Origin: a virus
Taxonomy: Duplodnaviria; Heunggongvirae; Uroviricota; Caudoviricetes
Length of the DNA: 64,000 bases
Strand: one strand, 5' to 3'
Virus record (IMG/VR): IMGVR_UViG_3300029288_000078
Span: 54,733 to 118,732 of that record
Shown here: piece by piece, positions 56,941 through 64,000 of the stretch
How positions within the stretch are numbered: the first letter of the stretch is position 1
Layout of the letters: the number at the start of each line of letters is the position of its first letter
The notes under the pieces: model-generated
Told to the model about the DNA's origin: nothing
The model's database searches: none
The model's input: the letters and a program-made list of their open reading frames with translations, nothing else
Made by a program: the position numbers and the translations under genes

Positions 56941-57154
56941 ACCAATAAGCGAATACGAAGTAGAAACAGATGCTATATATGAGCACAGGAAAACAGGTGC
57001 TTTATATGAAACTCACGATTTCTGTAAAGTCAAGCAAGCAGAAGGCAGTGACACCACTTGGGTTGTGGGAGTGATTTATTCACCTAAAGGGAATTTTTTT
57101 CAAAAATACGCTTGTTCTGTGAACGAGTTTGTTAGTAGATTTAAGGAGATTTAA
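56933..57154 (+). CDS. DUF1653-like small protein
   Basis: Start MAEPISEY; YEHRKTGALYE...VIY...FVSRFKEI pattern. Confidence 0.55.
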   Translation: MAEPISEYEVETDAIYEHRKTGALYETHDFCKVKQAEGSDTTWVVGVIYSPKGNFFQKYACSVNEFVSRFKEI

Positions 57155-57354
57155 ACACAAATCTCTCGAATTACTTTGTGTATTTTTTGTTTTAGATCAC
57201 AATTTTCGCCTTTACAGACTTCACACTCTTTAATTTCACAACAAAACTTAAGTCCGTGGAGGATTGCTTTTTTATTAGCTTTCCAGTGGGCGTCTTTTGG
57301 TGATAGTTCGATTTGCAAGATAGTATCGGCAATTTTAATTTCTAGTTCGTCCAT
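57151..57354 (-). CDS. Hypothetical small protein (CxxCxxC), sigma-28-driven
   Basis: GGAGG SD; directly after P13. Confidence 0.6.
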   Translation of the reverse strand: MDELEIKIADTILQIELSPKDAHWKANKKAILHGLKFCCEIKECEVCKGENCDLKQKIHKVIREICV

Positions 57355-57375
57355 AAACTGTTTCCTCCTACCTTT

Positions 57376-57402
57376 ATATCGGCAGAAAAGGGAAAAACTT
57401 AA
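57376..57402 (-). promoter_or_regulatory. sigma-28-type promoter P13 (TTAAGTTT-N11-GCCGATAT)
   Basis: 11-nt spacer; isolated copy in right arm. Confidence 0.8.
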
Positions 57403-57719
57403 GATAAAGTTTGTTTAATGCCATAAATAGCTAGACCAACAAAGGCACCTGCAATGAAGCCTACGGGGCCTGCTGCTGCACCAAACCCAGCTCCACTTCC
57501 AACCATACCTATTGCAGTCATACCGCTTGCAGCGACCGCCGTACCGCCTGTTATGCCACCTGCTCCGGCTGCCATAGCTGCTTTAAGTTTTTTACCAGTA
57601 GGGCTTTCATCATCCATTAGCCGTTCAAAACCATCTTTAATATCTTCAAAATCCATTTGTTTCTCCTTTTTTCGTTTAGGATTTCTTGTTATCTTTCGCA
57701 ACTTTTGTAATTTATTCAT
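57399..57719 (-). CDS. Glycine-zipper membrane protein
   Basis: Start MNKLQKL with GGAGGG SD; C-terminal Gly/Ala-rich hydrophobic stretch with GxxxG repeats. Confidence 0.6.
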   Translation of the reverse strand: MNKLQKLRKITRNPKRKKEKQMDFEDIKDGFERLMDDESPTGKKLKAAMAAGAGGITGGTAVAASGMTAIGMVGSGAGFGAAAGPVGFIAGAFVGLAIYGIKQTLS

Positions 57720-57841
57720 CTCTATTCCCTCCAAATTGTGGTTTCTTAGAAAATATGGAGCTTGTCAAGAATTATTTTTGATTTATGGCTAACAGAAATT
57801 AAAATGCTCTTTAGGGCGGATTAAAGGAGTTAAAATGCTCT

Positions 57842-58072
57842 TTAGTTAAGATATTTGGAAAGCACGTCTTGGTTTTGGATTTCGTGTTTAATTTTTATCC
57901 ATGTATTTTCTTGTTTTTCTCGAAATTCTTTTTGTTTGTTTGCGTAATACTTAGGTTTGACGGTTAGGCTTTGTTGCCAGAACGGTTCTGTATTATCTGT
58001 AATGGTTACTACTTGTTCTTTTTTATTCATAAAATCCTTCTTTGGTTCATATAAACAACACCATGCGTTCAT
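57842..58072 (-). CDS. Hypothetical small protein
   Basis: 76 aa ORF; weak SD. Confidence 0.45.
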   Translation of the reverse strand: MNAWCCLYEPKKDFMNKKEQVVTITDNTEPFWQQSLTVKPKYYANKQKEFREKQENTWIKIKHEIQNQDVLSKYLN

Positions 58073-58261
58073 ATGTATTGTTTATGCGCCTCTCCAGAAA
58101 AACGCCTAACCAGATTGTAGTCAGGCGTGGGAGAGACGTTTTAGCAGAAATACATCTTACGCCTACGTTTACTTAAAGACAAGGAGGAGGGCGTGTACAA
58201 AATGAAAAAACTCTTCTAAGATAACAGCAAATTAAAAACAAGCTGGGGCGGAGGGTGCATT

Positions 58262-58591
58262 TTGAAAAGCAATAGAAATATATTTTCGGCGTATGATGTT
58301 GATAAAGTAGAGGAATTTGAATGGTGGTTTTACGATAATGTTGAATCATACAGAGCTATTCAGGATTGTATTACGATATATGGACGGGTGGCGAAAAAGA
58401 AGTTCAGTTTGCGGATGGTATTGGAGATGTTGCGGGCTGGAATTGATATTCGGTGGCGGCACATTGAAGTTTCTTTAAACAATGATTTTATTCCTATGTT
58501 ACAGCGCAGATTAGAAATGGATAGGCCGGATTTAATGGAATACTTAACAGCGATCAGAAAGAGTCATACAAAAAAAGGAGGTTTGGAATGA
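58262..58591 (+). CDS. Hypothetical phage protein
   Basis: TTG start with GGAGG SD; FSLRMVLEMLR...SLNNDFIP; coupled to dehydrogenase. Confidence 0.6.
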   Translation: MKSNRNIFSAYDVDKVEEFEWWFYDNVESYRAIQDCITIYGRVAKKKFSLRMVLEMLRAGIDIRWRHIEVSLNNDFIPMLQRRLEMDRPDLMEYLTAIRKSHTKKGGLE

Positions 58592-59439
58592 TGATAGTGG
58601 GTGTAATTGGTATTGGGGTTGTAGGAGGTGCGATCAAAAAGAGCTTTGAACTACATGCGCCTTCGGTGGATTTGCGCTGTTATGACAAGACTGGAGAGTA
58701 TTCTGGCGAGGAAAACAGGTTACGGATATTGGATGCTGAGGTTATTTTTGTATGTGTTCCTACTCCGACTCAACACGGCGGGCAAAACTTAGAAGCGCTT
58801 TGTAATGTTATAGAAATGTTAAACACTGCAAAATATCAGGGTGTGATTTGTATTAAGTGTACGGTATTGCCCGGTATGTGTGAATATATTGCCAGTACTT
58901 ATCCTTTACGTATTGTGCATAACCCTGAATTTCTTACAGCTGCTAAACCATATGAAGATTTTATGAATCAAAAAAGTATTATTATGTCTGGAAAACTTCA
59001 GGATACGAATGAGGTGCAAAGGATTTATGATCACTTGTTTGGATCACATGCTTTGTATGATTTCTATCAAACTTATGCTGATTATAAAGTAACTGAATTA
59101 GCGAAATATTACAGTAATTGTTTTTTAGCAGTGAAAGTAACGTTTGCGAATGAGATGTATGATTTGTGCAATATGATTGGAGCTAATTATGATGATGTGC
59201 GCACGGCGGCAATAAGTCAGGGATTAATTGGAGCTAATCATACTAAGGTACCGGGAACGGATGGAAAAACGGGATACGGGCTTGGGTGTTTGCCGAAAGA
59301 GACACAAGCATTATCAACCTTTTGTAGTATGATTGGATTACAACAAGAAGTTTTAAATGCAGCTATGCTTGGCAATACAAAAAGAAGAAGTTTTGATTCA
59401 CATTGTAGAGAAATTAATGAAAAGGAGATTGTTATATGA
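58588..59439 (+). CDS. ugd: UDP-glucose/GDP-mannose dehydrogenase family protein (lacks C-terminal domain)
   Basis: GIGVVG Rossmann; FVCVPTP; HNPEFL; ELAKY..N.FLA.KVTFANE; catalytic-Cys motif GYGLGCLPKE. Confidence 0.85.
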   Translation: MMIVGVIGIGVVGGAIKKSFELHAPSVDLRCYDKTGEYSGEENRLRILDAEVIFVCVPTPTQHGGQNLEALCNVIEMLNTAKYQGVICIKCTVLPGMCEYIASTYPLRIVHNPEFLTAAKPYEDFMNQKSIIMSGKLQDTNEVQRIYDHLFGSHALYDFYQTYADYKVTELAKYYSNCFLAVKVTFANEMYDLCNMIGANYDDVRTAAISQGLIGANHTKVPGTDGKTGYGLGCLPKETQALSTFCSMIGLQQEVLNAAMLGNTKRRSFDSHCREINEKEIVI

Positions 59440-59798
59440 AATTTTTATTTGGTTTAGTGAGTTTGTGTTTGGCTAGTTCAGCAATGGCATTTGATACACA
59501 TGGCAGCATTGTTTTAGGCCAACAGTATGAACCATTATTGCGAAAAACAGTTCCTAAAGCAGGGCTCGTTACTTCGGTCGGGCTTGGGTTAGGCATTGGT
59601 GTTTGGAGTTATATTGGCGTTGGTCGTACATTGGAAGATGATGAATGGTCATCTGCTGCTATTGGTGCCGATTGGTCTTTTGCTCGTCTTACTTTGGGTA
59701 CTTCATATACAGTATCAAGAGATTTAAAACGATTTAATATTGAAAAGCAAGATAATACTCAATTGATCGGTATGACTGCGAAAGTACGGCTATGGTAG
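59436..59798 (+). CDS. Secreted, small beta-barrel-like outer-membrane protein
   Basis: Signal peptide ending SAMA-F; amphipathic beta strands; C-terminal aromatic residue (AKVRLW). Confidence 0.55.
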   Translation: MKFLFGLVSLCLASSAMAFDTHGSIVLGQQYEPLLRKTVPKAGLVTSVGLGLGIGVWSYIGVGRTLEDDEWSSAAIGADWSFARLTLGTSYTVSRDLKRFNIEKQDNTQLIGMTAKVRLW

Positions 59799-60088
59799 TG
59801 AGTTTATGTTTTGCTAATCTTTTATCTTTGTGGATGATGGGCGCAGAACAGCGAGATAATTTAGTAGTGAGTACTTTGAAGCAGGCTAATTATGCAGGGC
59901 AGGAATTAGTAATTAATGTAAACAACCCTTGGTATTCTCCTGTTTCTTGTCCTCGTATTTATGCTTTTTTAGATAAGTGGACAATTCCTGGTTTGAAATA
60001 TCACAACATGCCAACCTCGACTATGACTCACGGGCGATGTGGCGTCGAGGCTTGTACCTGTACAAAGAAAACAATTTGCGTTCTATAG
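59792..60088 (+). CDS. Small hypothetical protein in glycan operon
   Basis: Overlap-coupled ORF; hydrophobic N-terminus, Cys-rich end. Confidence 0.45.
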   Translation: MVVSLCFANLLSLWMMGAEQRDNLVVSTLKQANYAGQELVINVNNPWYSPVSCPRIYAFLDKWTIPGLKYHNMPTSTMTHGRCGVEACTCTKKTICVL

Positions 60089-60097
60089 GATAAGGTC

Positions 60098-61594
60098 ATG
60101 ATTGTTTTGCCGCAGCCTCCTAACGATAAGCAAAAATATTTATACACAGAATCTAATCGTTTTTTATTTTATGTTTTTGCAATATCTAGTTCATTGTTAT
60201 TGTTTTCTGGAATGTATTTATTTACATGGGCAAATCCTGCCTTAATAGTTTATGGATTGTTTGTTACAGTTAATGTTTTGTATTTAATTATTTCATATGT
60301 CATTGGTGTTTTTGGCAAGGGTTTTGATTTAGATGCACATAATTCCATTATTACTAAATACAATAAAAGAGATTCATCTGTTGATATATTTCTTCCTATT
60401 GCAGGTGAAAGCATAGAAGTTATTGCTAACACTTGGAAGTATGTAGCTCAATTAGATTGGCCAAAAGAGTTATTAAAAGTACACATATTAGATGATGGAT
60501 TTTCTGATGCAGCTAGAGATTTAGCTATCACTTTTGGCTTTAATTATATTCGCAGAGATGATAGACCGCACTTGAAAAAAGCAGGTAATGTCAGAAATGC
60601 TTTTAAGCAAACTAGTGGAGACTTTATAGTTATATTGGACGCAGATTTTTGTCCACGTCCTGATTTTTTACATGAAACAGTACCGTATATGTTGAGTGAT
60701 GAAAAAATTGCAATAGTACAGACTCCACAGTTCTTTGAAGTAAAACCTGAGCAAACTTGGGTTGAACAAGGCGCAGGATTTATCCAAGAGTTATTTTATA
60801 GACTGATACAGGTAAGTAGAGATACTTGGGGAGCCAGTATTTGTGTTGGCAGTTGTGCGCTATATAGACGTTCAGCCTTAGAACCAATGGGCGGTACTTA
60901 TCCAATTGAGCATAGCGAGGATTTGCACACGGGATTATCAATGTTAATACAAGGACTTAGAGTTAAATATATTCCAATTTCAGTTGCTGCGGGTGTTTGT
61001 CCTGATTCCCATCAGTCCTTTTTTGTACAGATGTATCGATGGTGTACAGGTTCTACTTCGCTGTTATTTAATAAAATGTTTTGGACTGCTAAATTAACAT
61101 TCATGCAACGGCTTTGTTATTTATCTGGCATGGGATATTACGTTTCTACAGCATTGGGCATTTGGTTATCGGTATTGCCCAGCGTCATTATGGTTTGGTT
61201 TTTGCCAGAAAAACTGCTCTGGTATACTATGTTTTTCTATACCCCTTCTTTTTTGTTTGGCACCTTATTCATGAGATATTGGAATAAGTCTCGCGGAAAT
61301 ATTATTCACGCTCTGATGACTCGGCAAATTTCTTATTATTCTCATTTCTTTGCTTTAAAAGATAAGTTATTTAAATCTACGATGCCTTGGATTCCTACAG
61401 GCGCGGTAACTAATAACAGTCGGTTTCGGACTGCTCGATATTTGATGTGGGCATGGAGTTCTGTAGTAACTGTTTTAGTTGTTTCTGGCGCATTTTATCA
61501 TATGGATGGTTTGCTTGATTATGACTTTTATCCTACCCTGTTTTTTTGCGGTCTAAACTACTGGATAACTTCGACTATTCTTCGCGACCAATAA
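60098..61594 (+). CDS. Processive GT2 glycosyltransferase, cellulose synthase (BcsA)-like, no PilZ domain
   Basis: VDIFLP..GE, HILDDG, KKAGN, ILDADF, VQTPQFF, SEDL and QMYRW (D,D,D,QxxRW); 2 N-terminal and several C-terminal TMs. Confidence 0.9.
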   Translation: MIVLPQPPNDKQKYLYTESNRFLFYVFAISSSLLLFSGMYLFTWANPALIVYGLFVTVNVLYLIISYVIGVFGKGFDLDAHNSIITKYNKRDSSVDIFLPIAGESIEVIANTWKYVAQLDWPKELLKVHILDDGFSDAARDLAITFGFNYIRRDDRPHLKKAGNVRNAFKQTSGDFIVILDADFCPRPDFLHETVPYMLSDEKIAIVQTPQFFEVKPEQTWVEQGAGFIQELFYRLIQVSRDTWGASICVGSCALYRRSALEPMGGTYPIEHSEDLHTGLSMLIQGLRVKYIPISVAAGVCPDSHQSFFVQMYRWCTGSTSLLFNKMFWTAKLTFMQRLCYLSGMGYYVSTALGIWLSVLPSVIMVWFLPEKLLWYTMFFYTPSFLFGTLFMRYWNKSRGNIIHALMTRQISYYSHFFALKDKLFKSTMPWIPTGAVTNNSRFRTARYLMWAWSSVVTVLVVSGAFYHMDGLLDYDFYPTLFFCGLNYWITSTILRDQ

Positions 61595-61597
61595 ACC

Positions 61598-61625
61598 TTG
61601 ACTGCCTAGCCCTTTTTGTTATATA
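61598..61625 (+). promoter_or_regulatory. Possible sigma-70-type promoter TTGACT-N16-TATATA with TGn extension
   Basis: Intergenic, upstream of 61647 ORF. Confidence 0.4.
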
Positions 61626-61646
61626 AGCAACAAAAAGGAAGCTGTG

Positions 61647-61775
61647 ATGAAAAATCCTGTCAAAAAACGCATTCCAATAGCTCCTCCATCTCAAAGACAT
61701 AAAAGTAAAAAAGACTACAATCGCAAAAAACCGATTGAAGAAATTGTCAAAAACGTAGAGCAGGAGAAGCAATGA
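61647..61775 (+). CDS. 42-aa basic peptide (ArfA-like pattern)
   Basis: MKNPVKKRIPIAPPSQRHKSKKDYNRKK...; AAGGAAG SD. Confidence 0.5.
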   Translation: MKNPVKKRIPIAPPSQRHKSKKDYNRKKPIEEIVKNVEQEKQ

Positions 61776-61891
61776 TTTATACCATGTCGTTTTGTATGCA
61801 CGACAGACACAATAGAAACAGATCGTGCCCTGACCTTAGAGTGTCTTGTCATTCATGCTCAACTTATTTAAAAATAAAAGAGGAGAAGTCA

Positions 61892-62308
61892 ATGTTAGAT
61901 ATTAGAAATCATAAAATTGAAGAGTTGCAATTCAGAGATTCCAATGCAGAGATTGTTGCTATTTATGATTTAACGAGACAGGGGAGATGGACTAATTCTC
62001 GTGTATTGATTATTTTTAAACAAGCCGACGGAGTAGATTGCCACAAGACAACTACGAATGGTTTTATACATAGTGAAACATGTTTGCATCACTTCGATGT
62101 CATCCTCAAACCTAAAAAAACGTTATACGTAAAACCTCTAATGACTTTATTAAAACAGTATGCATTTCAAACCAGTCAAGACGGGTTGGTATACCAAAGC
62201 AGATACTTAATCGCGTATTGTACCTGTGGCCAACCTACTCTTGAAAACACTCACACTCCAGAATTTATCAACCTTTTCTGTGAATACAAGGAAGAATCAC
62301 ATGTTTAA
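61892..62308 (+). CDS. Hypothetical phage protein
   Basis: Probable start MLDIRNHK with GAGGAG SD; an upstream in-frame start at 61772 is also possible. Confidence 0.55.
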   Translation: MLDIRNHKIEELQFRDSNAEIVAIYDLTRQGRWTNSRVLIIFKQADGVDCHKTTTNGFIHSETCLHHFDVILKPKKTLYVKPLMTLLKQYAFQTSQDGLVYQSRYLIAYCTCGQPTLENTHTPEFINLFCEYKEESHV

Positions 62309-62651
62309 TTTATTTAAAAAAGAAAACAAACAAGCAACTGTCTGGGATTCAGTATTGACCATTCATCTGAAAAACGGCAAAATAGTAACTAAAACTTACA
62401 AGCATTATTTTGGTAAATGGAAAGGTCCTTGTGACGGAAACGATTATCAGTTTTTGGATAATTTTTCTGAAGGATTATTTTTAGCCGATGATGAAGCCTG
62501 TTTGTATTTATATACAGATATAGATCACGTCGAATTTACCAATATTCCTTATCTAGTTACCTTCAAAGAAGGATATGTCGGGTTGGTGTTTGAACGTGAG
62601 TGGGAATTTGTTTCTGAACAAAAACAAACTTTTCCTGTGGAGAACAAATGA
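62301..62651 (+). CDS. Hypothetical protein
   Basis: Start MFNLFKKE with AAGGAAG SD. Confidence 0.6.
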   Translation: MFNLFKKENKQATVWDSVLTIHLKNGKIVTKTYKHYFGKWKGPCDGNDYQFLDNFSEGLFLADDEACLYLYTDIDHVEFTNIPYLVTFKEGYVGLVFEREWEFVSEQKQTFPVENK

Positions 62652-62905
62652 AATATTTTATGTTTTTTAGTTTATTGTTTACTGCATGTGAATTGCCAGA
62701 GAATATGCCGACACGTAGCTATTATGATATGAAATGCGTAGATGTTGTGTTTACTGGCTCTCAATTTAAAATGAAACGCTGCGAAAACAGATTAGAAGTT
62801 TGTTATATAAACACAGCATATAAAGCATCTGAAATCGATGAAAATGGAGTTGGAAAAGAATATTTTAAATCCAACAATGCTATCAGTTGTATGAGCAAAG
62901 GATGA
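62648..62905 (+). CDS. Small lipoprotein
   Basis: MKYFMFFSLLFTA-C lipobox; C..RCEN..EVCY..AISC pattern. Confidence 0.65.
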   Translation: MKYFMFFSLLFTACELPENMPTRSYYDMKCVDVVFTGSQFKMKRCENRLEVCYINTAYKASEIDENGVGKEYFKSNNAISCMSKG

Positions 62906-62908
62906 CAA

Positions 62909-63088
62909 ATGAAAGACTGTAAAGATTGTGTTCTTAGTTTTCAATATAAAGAATTCAGAATTTGTAATGCGTTTGATTATCCAATGGAATGTAGTTTGGC
63001 ACGGGAATCTGGAAACTGCGGATTAGAAGCCAGAGAATTTTCACCTACTCTTTGGTACATGTTTAAAAAGCTTTTGAGGTTGGTGTAA
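62909..63088 (+). CDS. Cys-rich small protein, EPTLWY family copy 3 (59 aa, not in ORF track)
   Basis: MKDCKDC...EFSPTLWYMFKKLLRLV. Confidence 0.65.
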   Translation: MKDCKDCVLSFQYKEFRICNAFDYPMECSLARESGNCGLEAREFSPTLWYMFKKLLRLV

Positions 63089-63339
63089 TGCATCGGCCTA
63101 ATCGATATTTATCTGAATGTTGTTTTTGTAAGCAAACTGTGCCTTATATGCAGGGTTGGCTTAAACGAAAAACTATCAACATGCCAGAGGTGCAGGGTAA
63201 CTTTATTGTAGTGTGTAAGCCTTGTTTTGAAGTACATCGTAAAGAATTACACCCAGCTAAAAACGCTCCATTTGTGGGAACGTGGGATATGGATAAATCA
63301 CCTAGAAAACACATGTTTAATAGAGGTACAAAACAATGA
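63088..63339 (+). CDS. Small CxxC...CxxC protein
   Basis: ECCFCKQTV...VVCKPC. Confidence 0.55.
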   Translation: MHRPNRYLSECCFCKQTVPYMQGWLKRKTINMPEVQGNFIVVCKPCFEVHRKELHPAKNAPFVGTWDMDKSPRKHMFNRGTKQ

Positions 63340-63578
63340 TTGATCTAGTAAAGAACTATACAGTAGGGGTGAATTTAATTCCGGTTGAACATCATTTTGT
63401 AATATCAGAAAGCGCATTAGATGATGTGGCTATTGGTAGTTATAGAAGTGGCTTTGCAGCTTGTAAGAAAGAATTAATAAAAGACTTACAAAACATAATT
63501 AAAGACGAAACCCTTAAGGGATTATTGATAGATAGAATATTTGAGTATGACGATGGATATGGATATTTAGACCAATAA
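63336..63578 (+). CDS. Hypothetical small protein
   Basis: ATGA-coupled ORF. Confidence 0.55.
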   Translation: MIDLVKNYTVGVNLIPVEHHFVISESALDDVAIGSYRSGFAACKKELIKDLQNIIKDETLKGLLIDRIFEYDDGYGYLDQ

Positions 63579-63593
63579 TTAAGGCAAATAATA

Positions 63594-63785
63594 ATGATTA
63601 AACGTTTTGTTACTCACTTCTTGATGGTTTTTGTAGCGGCAGTTGTGGTTTTTCTATTTTTTGGACTTTTAGCTGGCGGCACTATAGCTTTTGCTGACGG
63701 TTATCCCAAAACAGGAAGTGCGGCTATATTTACAGCGTTTGTTATATACGCTTTTGTAGCAACTATTACACAGGGGGAGAAGTAA
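63594..63785 (+). CDS. Small two-TM membrane protein
   Basis: Two hydrophobic helices. Confidence 0.55.
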   Translation: MIKRFVTHFLMVFVAAVVVFLFFGLLAGGTIAFADGYPKTGSAAIFTAFVIYAFVATITQGEK

Positions 63786-63786
63786 T

Positions 63787-64000
63787 ATGACTGAGATTAA
63801 ATTTTGGGAAGCAATGAAGGCAGAATCAGAAGGCAAGACGGTGCAATTCAGGTGGGATGAATATTGGCACGACTATGATAAAAGCTGCGGAATTTCTAAA
63901 GAGTGCCATAGCTATAAATGGCGCATAAAGCCTGAGCCGGTTAAATACAGCGTGTATATGTGGCTTGATAGACAACCAGAAATTGATAATAGCTGCCATC
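63787..64000 (+). CDS. Hypothetical phage protein, 5' part only
   Basis: MTEIKFWEAMKAESEGKTVQF...WRIKPEP open to window end; GGGAGA SD. Confidence 0.6.
   Translation, partial: MTEIKFWEAMKAESEGKTVQFRWDEYWHDYDKSCGISKECHSYKWRIKPEPVKYSVYMWLDRQPEIDNSCH

Noticed and set aside
60098-61594. GT2 as a DNA-modifying glucosyltransferase
   Set aside because: It has multiple TM helices and the processive QxxRW motif of membrane polysaccharide synthases, unlike soluble DNA glycosyltransferases.
1-64000. Stop-codon reassignment (alternative genetic code) as in some large phages
   Set aside because: Terminase, portal, baseplate and GT2 genes are full-length under the standard code, with normal coding density.

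Overview
A 64-kb segment of a large (~35-38% GC by eye) contractile-tailed dsDNA bacteriophage. It is not host chromosome, and standard genetic code gives full-length genes. 1-37.2 kb, minus strand, virion and packaging module: portal; a large terminase interrupted in its Walker A motif by a 358-aa LAGLIDADG intein; about nine tail-fibre/spike genes, including two paralogous fibre+chaperone cassettes and one fibre-like protein with a signal peptide; a P2 gpI-like wedge protein; a 2642-aa baseplate-J; a LysM+gp25 wedge protein; and a hub-like protein. 37.2-49.2 kb, minus strand: an array of small early/accessory genes. Nearly every transcription unit is preceded by a near-consensus sigma-28 (FliA/SigD) promoter, T(A/C/T)AAG(TTT/AAA)-N11-(G/A/T)CCGATA(A/T) with one GTCGATAT variant. 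There are 13 copies in the window, and 7 carry a GATC at a fixed position upstream. One promoter drives a ClpX homologue lacking both the zinc-binding domain and the IGF ClpP-docking loop. 49.2-52.3 kb: a non-coding control region with repeats and hairpins, and two tandem Cro-like HTH genes. 52.3-64 kb, mostly plus strand: many small Cys-rich paralogues, a stand-alone EF-Ts N-terminal-domain protein, an RyR-domain protein, and a four-gene glycan operon (nucleotide-sugar dehydrogenase, beta-barrel-like secreted protein, small protein, PilZ-less cellulose-synthase-like GT2). The best candidate new system is a phage early regulon wired to the host flagellar sigma factor, suggesting a motile diderm host such as a Bdellovibrionota predator (inference). 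No tRNA, CRISPR array, integrase or reverse transcriptase was seen.
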